Made by a program: the position numbers and the translations under genes. A stretch of 64,000 nucleotides of DNA. Origin: Nitrospirota bacterium. Lineage in GTDB: Bacteria; Nitrospirota; UBA9217. Below the pieces are notes generated by a model that worked only from the letters and a program-made list of their open reading frames with translations, ran no database searches and was not told the origin of the DNA. The stretch lies in contig CAVVUN010000015.1 in the NCBI GenBank assembly GCA_963751455.1, forward strand, positions 1,536,001 through 1,600,000. Reading direction: 5' to 3'. Positions 1 through 9,300 of the stretch are shown here, piece after piece (the stretch's first letter is position 1; each line of letters starts with the position of its first letter).

Positions 1-1189
1 AGATCAACGCCACGATCCGGGCCATATAGCCACAGCGTTTCAGATCTTTGGTCGTATAGCCTCCCCACCCCCACTGATTTTTCAGTTCATCGAAATTGTT
101 CTCAGCATCGGCCCGATCCCGGTAGTGCTGCGCGATGGTAAGGACTTCGCCCGGAATGGTTGTGGCCAGCACTGCGTATTCATACCGCTTTGCGGTTCCA
201 TTCGTCTCGACGAAACCAAGCTCCATCTGATCCTTGTCTTTCTCACTGATGACGACATCGCCCTTGAGCGCCCGTCGAAGTACGATGACGCGCCGCTTTA
301 TCTTCCACCCCATAAGCTGAAGTTCTTCTTCCACACCTTCCCATCCCTGACCGGCTTGCTGCCAACCATTCCGCTGAAATGTCTTTTCGATGAGCTTCCG
401 CACGTTTTTGGTGAGGCGGAGCTTGACCAGATAGGGCAGGCCTTTTGTTTCCGCCTGGGACATGAAGACGTCATTTCCCCAGCCTGAATCGCCCCGAAAA
501 AACGCGGGCCAGTGACGTTTTGGAATGGAGCCCAGCAACTCCCACAAGCCCGGCGTGCTATAGCAGGTTGCGGTTTTGTTGCCCGCCTGTACCTCGACAT
601 CCAGCACGAGCCGGGTGTTGGCCATCAGATAGCTGTGGTAGGTATGAGACGGCCTGCCAGGCTTGTGAGGATTATAGCCGACCACTGCGCCTTCCTGTTT
701 CCCGTACAGCGGTTTTACCGTGGTGTCGCCATCCATGATCCAGGACACAGAAAGCAGCGCGTCATAACAACGCCTGACATGTTCCTTGAGCCAATGCACC
801 CCCTGAGTTTCATCTATCTGGCGCAGGGCTTTTCGCACCGAGTCCTCACTCACGACGGCGGTCATGCCGAGCAGGCCGGGATTGACGTTGTCGCACCGAA
901 CGTTCGTAATATGCGAGTAGCGATGGTGGCCGGCCAGAACAGACAATAACACCGTGCCCAGCACATCTCGCTTTTCCGGTGCATTGGGGCTTGTGTAGTG
1001 AAGCGGACAATCAGCAACCCAGGGATCGTAGAGACCGCCGGTCTTCAGAAAATCGATGAAAAATGCCATCTGTCCCAGTGGCGTAACGGCTGCAGTCGGA
1101 TCCCATTCTACGTGGATACGACCGCTGAACGTATCGACCGCAACTCCCTCTGGTTTCCGTGCAGACAACGATCTATTTGGTTCACCCAT
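1..1189 (-). CDS. IS1380-family DDE transposase (3' end runs off the window)
   Basis: Hand translation from ATG at 1189 (minus): MGEPNRSLSARKPEGVAVDTFSGRIHVEWDPTAAVTPLGQMAFFIDFLKTGGLYDPWVADCPLHYTSPNAPEKRDVLGTVLLSVLAGHHRYSHIT..., a typical IS1380 N-terminus. Absent from the ORF track, consistent with no stop inside the window. Confidence 0.88.
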   Translation of the reverse strand, partial: MGEPNRSLSARKPEGVAVDTFSGRIHVEWDPTAAVTPLGQMAFFIDFLKTGGLYDPWVADCPLHYTSPNAPEKRDVLGTVLLSVLAGHHRYSHITNVRCDNVNPGLLGMTAVVSEDSVRKALRQIDETQGVHWLKEHVRRCYDALLSVSWIMDGDTTVKPLYGKQEGAVVGYNPHKPGRPSHTYHSYLMANTRLVLDVEVQAGNKTATCYSTPGLWELLGSIPKRHWPAFFRGDSGWGNDVFMSQAETKGLPYLVKLRLTKNVRKLIEKTFQRNGWQQAGQGWEGVEEELQLMGWKIKRRVIVLRRALKGDVVISEKDKDQMELGFVETNGTAKRYEYAVLATTIPGEVLTIAQHYRDRADAENNFDELKNQWGWGGYTTKDLKRCGYMARIVALI

Positions 1190-1272
1190 TGGGCGAGTCC
1201 TCCTCTTCGGGTTAATTGCTGCAATATCCATCAATTAACTTCGTTTGACAAGGACCAACTGCTCTTTTAAGG
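1..1272 (-). mobile_element. IS1380-family insertion sequence, one end at about 1272
   Basis: Transposase plus a terminal sequence reading CCTTAAAAGAGCAGTTG on the minus strand (1256-1272); an unrelated + strand reading frame resumes immediately after. Confidence 0.75.
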
Positions 1273-2423
1273 ATAAATCGGACAGCGAGCAGAAGCAAGC
1301 TGATATCCAAAGGTTGAACGCGCTCCTGACGTCGCTCAATATAACATATACTATGGCGCAGGACATGGACGAATTTACGTCGGCACTGCGATCAGGAAGA
1401 TACAACACCTACATCCTGGTTGACGTCAAGCAGCCCGTCATCGGGCAGGAAGTCCGGGAAGCGATCCACTCCGGCGACGGACTAATCTTCATCAAAACAA
1501 AACCGAACGCAGATCCCTTCCTGGATGATGTGTTTGGCGTTACATTCTCCGGCAAGACGACGAATGAAAATCTTAGTGTTGACCTGCTGTCTAGCCCGAT
1601 CAGCAGTGAGGGAACGCTCCAGACATCCGGAAAGAGTGTCGTATCGACGATAACTTCTACGACGACTCAGATATTCGGCTCGGTTCTTGATAAAAAGAAT
1701 TTGTATCCTTCCGTTATTTTCAACCGTTATGAACAGGGTAAGATGCTTCTTTACACCTTCGATCTTCTGAGGGCATCCGATCAGTCGCTTGCTTCGGCAC
1801 TGCTGATCGAAAGCCTTAACCTCGTACGACCTGCAGCGGAAATACCGAGGGCACTGGCCAGTGTGCCGCTCAGAATAACACTTTCAAATTCGAACGAGTC
1901 TGTGGAAGTGAAGGTAACGGAAACCTTCCCATCCGTCGCCACGGTTGACACCGTCATTCCGAATGTAACGCCTGCAGATAACACGCTAACCTGGCGGAAA
2001 TCGATTGCCGCTGATGAGAAAACCAGGTTCGGGTATTATCTTAATTTGCCCGACCTGCCCGGGAATTACCTTACGAAGACTGAGGTATCATACAACAATA
2101 ACGGTTTATTCAGACCGTACGGTCAGTATGAACTCATGCTGACCGTGATAAATGGTTCCGATGAGCTGCACGATAAAATCATCTCAGATTTGAGAAATAT
2201 AAAGGTAGACAAAGCTGCTGACAATGATCTCGTCGTTGCAGTTATCGACCGGTTATTGTTGATAGATGTGAGCGCTGCAAACAGGAAGCAGTCGGAAGAC
2301 AACATCAGGCACATCATAGAGGCAATTGATGAGCTGCGAAAGATATCGACTGATGTATCTGGTATACGAATCGAGCTGGATCAGCTGCTCAAGATATGGG
2401 AAAAGAAATGGTATTTGATGTAA
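1273..2423 (+). pseudogene. C-terminal remnant of a large, probably exported protein interrupted by the IS
   Basis: Long open frame (ORF 1245..2423) whose nominal start lies inside the IS end; no RBS or signal peptide; beta-rich Ser/Thr-rich sequence. Confidence 0.7.
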
Positions 2424-2881
2424 TAAAATGAGCCCACGAGATGCTTGAGCTAGCTGGTCAAAAAATTCTCGAATTTGGGATAGGCGTGTTGCATAAATGT
2501 TCCCTGCGGTTTACGCAGCAAGCCTCGAAAGAGGACGTTGACCGCGCTTTATTACTCCTGATGAAGGCGTTTGGGCATCACGATCTTCCAAAGCCGCAGC
2601 AAAAGCGAGCAGGTTTACCTGCGCAGATGCGCTGTATTGCCCAAAAATAAATACTCCCCTAAGATTTTTATCCCGCTTGATTTTCGTCCCGTTTGGTTAA
2701 GCAGTACAGGATTATTTTGTTCGTACAGCGGGTTTGCAGGTGTGTTCTACGAGGTCTTGATGACCCGAAACCAGGCCTGTCTCTAAATCTGTGCCCCGGG
2801 AAGAACAGCCTCAAAGAAGGGAACAGGGACTGAATTATTAATAAAGTATTTGCGCGGAGGCGTAAACCTTCTCCTGAACTC

Positions 2882-3112
2882 TCATTTAGCACCAGCGCAC
2901 CTCTGCAACTCCAGTGTTCTGTCCAGGTCATCGGGCTCGAGGGCGCCGAACCGCACAAGGATTTCTCCCAGGCGCTGATTCGTGTACTTCTGATGTTCAA
3001 GAGCCAGTTCAAGATCCTGCTGCAGGATTATTTCGTCCGCGAGCAAAAGAGAGCCGATCGGGACCTTTACTTTGCTGTTCATGGCCGTCATCTCCGCTAT
3101 GGTTTTTTTCAT
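2882..3112 (-). CDS. Small stand-alone MshEN-type (c-di-GMP-binding) domain protein
   Basis: PIGSLLLADEIILQQDLELALEHQ-KYTNQ-RLGEILVRFGALEPDDLDRTLELQ matches the tandem MshEN motif with a 5-aa linker; SD AAGGGAGG before ATG 3112. Confidence 0.75.
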   Translation of the reverse strand: MKKTIAEMTAMNSKVKVPIGSLLLADEIILQQDLELALEHQKYTNQRLGEILVRFGALEPDDLDRTLELQRCAGAK

Positions 3113-3366
3113 CGATGTTGCCCTCCCTTGAGATATATCAAGTTTTAACTTCAAAATATGGATAAACATTAAATTTTGATATAACCAAATTACACTGTAT
3201 AAGATTTTATTTGTCTGACAATTTGTAAAAAACTTAAAAAATGGTTACGAGGGCTATGGTATATAACTTATTGATAATAAATGATAATTATCTGAATAAC
3301 GAAGTTCATGGGCAGATTTATTTTTATTAGCAGGGATAGTTGTAGAGAGCGGACAGACCGACGAGA

Positions 3367-3394
3367 TTGACAAAAAACCATGTGACTATATAAT
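3367..3394 (+). promoter_or_regulatory. Consensus sigma70 promoter
   Basis: TTGACA (3367-3372), 16 nt, TATAAT (3389-3394). Confidence 0.7.
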
Positions 3395-3593
3395 CAATAT
3401 TAGATGAGTACGAATAATTCCTCACTTAAACACGAACCATTTCGTTTTATAGCAATGTTTTGCAGACAGTATTGCGAATGGTCACGCGCTTAGTCTAAGG
3501 AAATGTTTTCCATAAGGTCACCGGTCACCTGGTCGCTTAAGGTTGATTCTACGCCTGCACCCCAGCTGATGGAATTAATCCTCGCCCAATCAG

Positions 3594-3631
3594 CCCATCT
3601 CCCTTTAGGAGAGGGACCGGGTGAGGGGGCC
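3594..3631. repeat. REP-like palindromic element remnant
   Basis: CCCATCTCCC-TTTA-GGAGAGGG-ACC-GGGTGAGGGG, the common CCCTCTCCC..GGGAGAGGG..GGGTGAGGG REP type. Confidence 0.5.
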
Positions 3632-3717
3632 AGTTGGAGTAATACCCTGCTCTTATGGCTGCGTCAAAATGTTTGATCTTAATCAGAAAGGCTCGGCCGG
3701 CAATGACATTCCATGCA

Positions 3718-4167
3718 ATGAAAAGACTTATATTATTCATAATGCTGGTGCAGGTTTCAGTATACGAAGTTGAAGCCAGTGAAAACGTGTGCAGTATGTT
3801 CTATCAGGGTTTAAAAGGCGTTCCCCATGACAGTCTTGTAATCAAGGAACGAATTATTCAATCGCAATTCTACAAGTTTAAAGGGTGTGAAGTCATTTTT
3901 ACGAGCAATGAGCGTCTAATGCACGATTCTAAACTTCCGTCTTTTGAGGCTGAGAAAGGCTCGAAGCTGTATGATACAGGATGGAGGATTGATGAACAAC
4001 ATAGAGCAGACGGTCCCGGAACCGGTTCCTATCGAATCGTGAAGGATAAGATAGAATGCAATATCGATTGGGACCATCATGCCTGGCTTGCGGAACCGGC
4101 TATATTAGAACAAAGTGAATTCATTAATATGACAGTTCAGTGTACGGACGATTCATTATCGAACTGA
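3718..4167 (+). CDS. Exported hypothetical protein (4 Cys)
   Basis: MKRLILFIMLVQVSVYEVEA signal-peptide-like N-terminus; ORF 3655..4167. Confidence 0.65.
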   Translation: MKRLILFIMLVQVSVYEVEASENVCSMFYQGLKGVPHDSLVIKERIIQSQFYKFKGCEVIFTSNERLMHDSKLPSFEAEKGSKLYDTGWRIDEQHRADGPGTGSYRIVKDKIECNIDWDHHAWLAEPAILEQSEFINMTVQCTDDSLSN

Positions 4168-4389
4168 ATTATAAAAATTGAAAGTTTACCGCTGGTACGC
4201 TGCCCTCACCGCACATTCAATACCCTGTTCCTTCCCCCAAATCCGCAACAAATAATTACGTTCGCGGTTCCCTCGCGTAACGACGCAAAGATGCACCGGC
4301 CACAGGCGAGAGCAAGCATGTCTTGGCCTGAGACAAGCTTTTTATTGCATCTTTAAGTAAGCATTGCTATTATTACAAGCAAAAATATT

Positions 4390-4665
4390 ATGAAGAAACC
4401 TATTGGATCTGAAAAATCATGTATCCGTTTCCCGTGCTCTTTTCCTTTGAAAGTCATGGGACTGAACAACGAATTGTTTGAACCCGCGATGAAGAAGGTC
4501 TTCGAAGCGTTTGTCCGGACAGGACCGATCTTCTACGAAAAACAGCTCAGCAGCGGCGGCAAGTACGTATCGATAACCGCTACGTTTACAGCTGTAAGCC
4601 GGGAAAAGTTGGACGCTCTTTACCTCGCACTGAACAGTCATGAACTGGTTGCAATGACGCTTTAA
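4390..4665 (+). CDS. YbeD/DUF493 family protein
   Basis: FPCSFPLKVMG and SSGGKYVSITATF motifs, 91 aa. Confidence 0.85.
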   Translation: MKKPIGSEKSCIRFPCSFPLKVMGLNNELFEPAMKKVFEAFVRTGPIFYEKQLSSGGKYVSITATFTAVSREKLDALYLALNSHELVAMTL

Positions 4666-4810
4666 GACAGTGCAAATTTCAAATTGTAAGTTATGGTGTG
4701 TGGCCTGGGGCCACGCATTGAATAAAAGCATTTGCACCTTGCACTAGCTGCGGCCTTTAAGCCCCGCTATTCAAGCCAGCGCAATATAAACGGAAAGAGA
4801 GCGTAAAGAC

Positions 4811-6340
4811 ATGGAACACAATTCCGAAGAAATTGATAAATGCATTGCAATGCTTGACGCTCTCGCAAGGGATCCGGAACGCTTTGCGACTCTTCCGGAA
4901 GTGCAGAGGATACCTCTTTTAAAGGCGGCCGGAGAGATATCCCGGCCCGGCAGAGCTGAAGCGAAAAAAAGAAGTAAAGCCGCAAAAAAAGCCCTGAGCC
5001 TGACGCTGCTTGAAAAAGATCGGCGCGCCAGAAATACTACGGGCATCCGCAACGCGCGCATGGGTGTGACTTTCAATGCGCCTCCCCGGATAGAGATTGG
5101 TCCGTCCGGCACGGAGCAGCGCAGGGAAACAATCCACGCGCCGCGCAACTGCTACGTATGCAAGAAAGAATATACCGAGCTGCACTTTTTCTATGATGCC
5201 ATGTGCAAAAAATGCGGCGACCTCAATTACCGCAAGCGTTTTCAAACAGCGCCTCTCCACGGGCAGGTTGCTTTGATCACCGGCGCACGCGTTAAAATCG
5301 GTTTTCAGGCCGCGCTCCTGATGCTGCGGGCCGGCGCCACGGTCATTGCGACGACCCGGTTTCCGGTTGACGCAGCCCTGCGGTATTCACGGGAAGAGGG
5401 GTATGCAGTCTGGGGAGACAGGCTTCATATTCACGGTCTTGATCTGCGGCATATTCCGAGTGTGGAGCTGTTTACCCGCTACCTGGAACAGCGGCACGGG
5501 CGCCTTGACCTCTTGATCAATAACGCGGCGCAAACCGTGCGGCGGCCCCCGGGATTTTATGCGCATCTCCTTGAAAACGAAAAGAACGGTTTGAACGCTT
5601 TGTCCGAGGAGGCGCACAAGCTTCTTAGCGACCATGATACATGCAAAAAACAGCTTGTTTCCGTGTCCAATATTAACGGCAATCAGGATATTGCCCTTGC
5701 TCCAGTATGGCAGGACCATAGCCCGGGCATCGGTCTTCGCGAATCCGCGCATCTGTCGCAGATTTCCTATGGCCACGATGATTTGCAGGTTTCGGAAGAA
5801 CTGTTTCCAAAAGGGAAGCTTGACTCCGATCTCCAGCAGGTGGATCTGCGGAAGACGAACAGCTGGCGCTTGCGGCTCGGTGAGATACCCGCCATGGAAA
5901 TGCTCGAAGTGCAAATGGTGAATGCCGTGGCGCCCTTTGTGCTGTGCAACAGGCTGGTGTCGCTTATGCGGAGTGACTACACCGGGCAAAAGCATATCGT
6001 AAATGTGACGGCCATGGAAGGCAAGTTCTTCAGATTCCGGAAGGACGACAGGCATCCGCATACGAACATGGCGAAAGCAGCCCTGAACATGATGACGCAT
6101 ACCTCAGCCGAGGACCTTGCCAGAGACGGCATCTATATGAATGCGGTGGATACCGGCTGGGTCACAGATGAAGACCCCGCCGATCTTTCCCAATTCAAGC
6201 AGAAAGTGCATGATTTCCAGCCCCCGCTTGATATTGTCGACGGAGCCGCCAGGGTCTGCGATCCTTTCTTCGACGGCATCCTGACCGGCAAGCACTGGTG
6301 CGGAAAATTTCTCAAGGATTATTTCCCGATCGACTGGTAG
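4811..6340 (+). CDS. SDR family oxidoreductase with N-terminal CxxC..CxxC zinc finger
   Basis: [39 protein letters not shown]. Confidence 0.88.
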   Translation: MEHNSEEIDKCIAMLDALARDPERFATLPEVQRIPLLKAAGEISRPGRAEAKKRSKAAKKALSLTLLEKDRRARNTTGIRNARMGVTFNAPPRIEIGPSGTEQRRETIHAPRNCYVCKKEYTELHFFYDAMCKKCGDLNYRKRFQTAPLHGQVALITGARVKIGFQAALLMLRAGATVIATTRFPVDAALRYSREEGYAVWGDRLHIHGLDLRHIPSVELFTRYLEQRHGRLDLLINNAAQTVRRPPGFYAHLLENEKNGLNALSEEAHKLLSDHDTCKKQLVSVSNINGNQDIALAPVWQDHSPGIGLRESAHLSQISYGHDDLQVSEELFPKGKLDSDLQQVDLRKTNSWRLRLGEIPAMEMLEVQMVNAVAPFVLCNRLVSLMRSDYTGQKHIVNVTAMEGKFFRFRKDDRHPHTNMAKAALNMMTHTSAEDLARDGIYMNAVDTGWVTDEDPADLSQFKQKVHDFQPPLDIVDGAARVCDPFFDGILTGKHWCGKFLKDYFPIDW

Positions 6341-6816
6341 GGTGAGAAAGACTTAAAGGCGACATGAAAGCGACGAAATGACAGGCCGACGTAAAAGGGA
6401 TTTCGGATGTGCGAGAGCCTTCCTTTTTTTCTGTACCACCGTTCATATATGATGCGCGTATCAACTGCGACAAGATCATTTATTCCTCCTGCTCGGAGAT
6501 ATATACAGAACTATCGTACGCAATTCTGTTTTAAAAAGCGATGTTTTTTTCGATCGTGTAGCTTGCATCCTGCATCTTTTCTTTTGCCCCAGTCGCCCCG
6601 CCGCCTCTACCCACTCCGCTCGCCGCAATCGCAACTCAGAACTCAGTTTTCGGCGATGTTTTTGTGGGTGCCTTGACAGCTCATTCTTTATATGCAGCAT
6701 GCTCTTATTATCACCGATTTCCTGTATGATAAAATATAACTAGAATGTCTTTTGTATTGACTCATTATAGGGGCCGATAAGAAAGGCATTGAACGTCACA
6801 CGAAGGAGATTATGTT

Positions 6817-7203
6817 ATGGCTACTGTAGCTACGCAAGTTAACCCAGTAATCTGGTTTGAGATCCCGGTGATAGAAATCAAGAGAGCGCAAAAATTCTAT
6901 CAAGCCGTGTTCGGCTACGAACTATCCGCCACTCAAATGGGTCCCATGGCGATGGCAATGTTCCCCATGAACCAGGGTGCGGTCGGAGCAGCAGGTTCGC
7001 TTGTACAGGGAGATTCGTACATCCCGTCGCATGCAGGTCCGATTCTCTATTTCAGCGTTGAAGACATCGAAGCAACATTAAAAACGATAAACGCAAACGG
7101 AGGAAAGACGCTAACACCGAAATCAGGCATCGGAGAATACGGATTTATTGCGCATTTTGAGGACACCGAGGGAAACAGGCTGGCTTTGCATTCTATGAAA
7201 TAA
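6817..7203 (+). CDS. VOC/glyoxalase family protein
   Basis: WFEIPV...DTEGNRLALH; SD AAGGAG. Confidence 0.9.
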   Translation: MATVATQVNPVIWFEIPVIEIKRAQKFYQAVFGYELSATQMGPMAMAMFPMNQGAVGAAGSLVQGDSYIPSHAGPILYFSVEDIEATLKTINANGGKTLTPKSGIGEYGFIAHFEDTEGNRLALHSMK

Positions 7204-7224
7204 AGGAACCGGACACGAAAAAAA

Positions 7225-7255
7225 GACCGGGAAGAAGTTCCCTCTTCCCGGTTTC
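7225..7255 (+). terminator. Intrinsic terminator-like hairpin
   Basis: ACCGGGAAGA-7 nt-TCTTCCCGGT after the VOC gene. Confidence 0.65.
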
Positions 7256-7329
7256 AATATCTGAGCGCGGCAGTATCCTGCCAATAACTTGCGCCGTCAC
7301 CCCGACAGCTCCGCAATTGAATGTCTTTC

Positions 7330-7357
7330 TTGACAAAAAGCTCCATCTCACTATAAT
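7330..7357 (+). promoter_or_regulatory. Consensus sigma70 promoter
   Basis: TTGACA (7330-7335), 16 nt, TATAAT (7352-7357). Confidence 0.7.
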
Positions 7358-7500
7358 CGATCTAACCCAAGTGCCTGACTGAGATCCGGGATATGATATG
7401 ACTGATAGAGTAGCCGGTATATTGTCATAGTTGGCCTACAGCGTCCGATCGATGTCCTCGGAACGGGATGCAACCTCATTCTACTACGCGGGAGAAAATC

Positions 7501-8388
7501 ATGATTAAACCTGCTTCCACTGCAGAAACCTACGGCTTGTTGATTAACCGGGAAACAGCTTTTTCCGACAAGAAGGGGAGGTTCAAAGAGCGCATCAGGA
7601 AGCAGCAGCTCGAGATGCTGAAAAACTATGTGCCGCTGCTGAAGCAGTTCCTCGAACCGGGCGAAATTATACTGCTTGCCATGCGCGGGTGCTCCCCCAT
7701 GACGACCATGGAGCGGATCACCACTGGCTCGACGATCTACTACCTCAAGCGCTGCACCCTGGTCGTGACGGAAAGGCGGATACTGCACTTCCCGGCAAAG
7801 AGGGACTTCTCTCCCCGGCACTCCATCTCGCAGATCCGCTACGGCGACGTGGAGAAGATTAAACCATCTGTCCTCTTGGGCAGGTTTACGGTGAAATACA
7901 AGAGCGCAGCCAAGGAGACCTTCCTCTCTGTGAAGCAGAGCGCGAAGCTCAAGTCCATTCTGCCGGCCCTCAAGTCAGCCGGCCAGCGGCCCACCGCGAT
8001 CGGCGTACGCCAACATCTTTGCCCAAAGTGCAGGGCAGCGCTGACTCCGGGCGTTTATGTCTGTTCCTCATGCAAGCTGGAATTCAAGAACGAGCGGCGG
8101 GCGAGAAATATATCGATCCTTTATCCCGGAGGAGGGTACTTTTACACCAACCACCCATTCATGGGCACAGTTGACGCAATCGTGGAGACGGGCCTGATTG
8201 CCATGGTAATCCTTGGGTTTGTGAACATGCGCTCAGGCGCTCCTGATCAAGCGGACGGGTGGTTACAGGTCATCTTCTTCGGTTTCATGATTATCCTGGA
8301 AAAGCTCTATTCCCTGTATCATGCAAAACACTATGTGAAGGAATACCTGCCCGTGGAAAAGGACATTAGACCGCTGAAGACCGGATAG
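7501..8388 (+). CDS. Hypothetical membrane protein: PH-like domain, zinc ribbon, 2-3 TM segments
   Basis: LVVTERRILHF (bacterial PH-like), CPKC..CSSC, PGGGYFY followed by hydrophobic helices. Confidence 0.7.
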   Translation: MIKPASTAETYGLLINRETAFSDKKGRFKERIRKQQLEMLKNYVPLLKQFLEPGEIILLAMRGCSPMTTMERITTGSTIYYLKRCTLVVTERRILHFPAKRDFSPRHSISQIRYGDVEKIKPSVLLGRFTVKYKSAAKETFLSVKQSAKLKSILPALKSAGQRPTAIGVRQHLCPKCRAALTPGVYVCSSCKLEFKNERRARNISILYPGGGYFYTNHPFMGTVDAIVETGLIAMVILGFVNMRSGAPDQADGWLQVIFFGFMIILEKLYSLYHAKHYVKEYLPVEKDIRPLKTG

Positions 8389-8495
8389 CGGTTTTATTAT
8401 TCTGATTGGTGTGTACGGATCTTTTGGCAACGGATTACAGAGGCGACGAGCAGAAGCGGACAGCGAAATCCTACGGAAACATGTGTGTGATAATA

Positions 8496-8774
8496 ATGAA
8501 CAATCAAGAGATTGACGAGATATTGGGCGTGGTCAGATGCGAACAGTGCGGACACCGGCTCGAAGGCGAGATCGAATGCCCTTTTTGCCCACCCTTCGAG
8601 AAGCCTGTTAGTACGAGATATTTCGCGAAATGGATCTACTTGACAGCCTGCTTTCTTACTTCTCCATTCAGCATTTATTTTATCATCAAAAACAGCCGTC
8701 TGAGCATCATTGAAAAAATATCTGCTTTATCAGGCTGCTGTTTGTGGCTTATTTTGTACCTATCGCAGCTTTAA
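8496..8774 (+). CDS. Small zinc-ribbon membrane protein
   Basis: CEQC..CPFC followed by two hydrophobic segments. Confidence 0.6.
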   Translation: MNNQEIDEILGVVRCEQCGHRLEGEIECPFCPPFEKPVSTRYFAKWIYLTACFLTSPFSIYFIIKNSRLSIIEKISALSGCCLWLILYLSQL

Positions 8775-9300
8775 AGACAAGGCGCCGGGAATGCGTATAT
8801 TGAAAGGGCGCCTGTTCCGCCGCACCCACATGTCGCTGATTTTCAGGTTTCTTTCGCACTTATAACCTTCAAGGAAAAAGATAATAATAAATATTGAGGC
8901 TTCAGCGGGCATTTAAGACGATTCCACCATAACGCTCAATAGTTTATATCTCGCCTTCGCTTTAGCGTCACTACCTTAACCCTCCTTGCGACATTGTGTT
9001 ACAAAAAGTTTTATCAACAAAACCTGCGAAATCATGCTGATTCTTCCTGCATATTTACTTGATAACTGCCTATCTGTATGATACATATTCAAGCTATGCG
9101 GGAAAAGTATCAGTTTCGGCAAAAAGATGCCATGAGAATCGCTAGTTTGAGGACCTTTCATCGGGAGCTTATCGAATAAGAAACTGCATTCATGTAAAAA
9201 AAACATGGCATATGTTTTACCCTGAACTCGGGACCAGGAATCAATACCGGATGTTTCCAAGACTGAGCAGAGCAGTTCCTGCATTTGTCGGGAGGTTCGC

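Noticed and set aside
125-1270. Several + strand ORFs and the 298..600 ORF
   Set aside because: Antisense or alternative-frame shadows of the IS1380 transposase.
2441-2786. Short ORFs and imperfect inverted repeat at 2481-2526
   Set aside because: No convincing family match or RBS; the hairpin may be only a terminator or an IS footprint.
4255-4330. c-di-GMP-I riboswitch (GACGCAAAG present)
   Set aside because: No upstream GGCAAA, no GNRA-capped P2 and no CUAA receptor. The GGCAAACCATC near 14931 likewise lacks the rest of the aptamer.
6312-6479. Minus-strand ORF of about 55 aa with AGGAGG SD
   Set aside because: Overlaps the SDR 3' end and has no recognisable motif; insufficient support.
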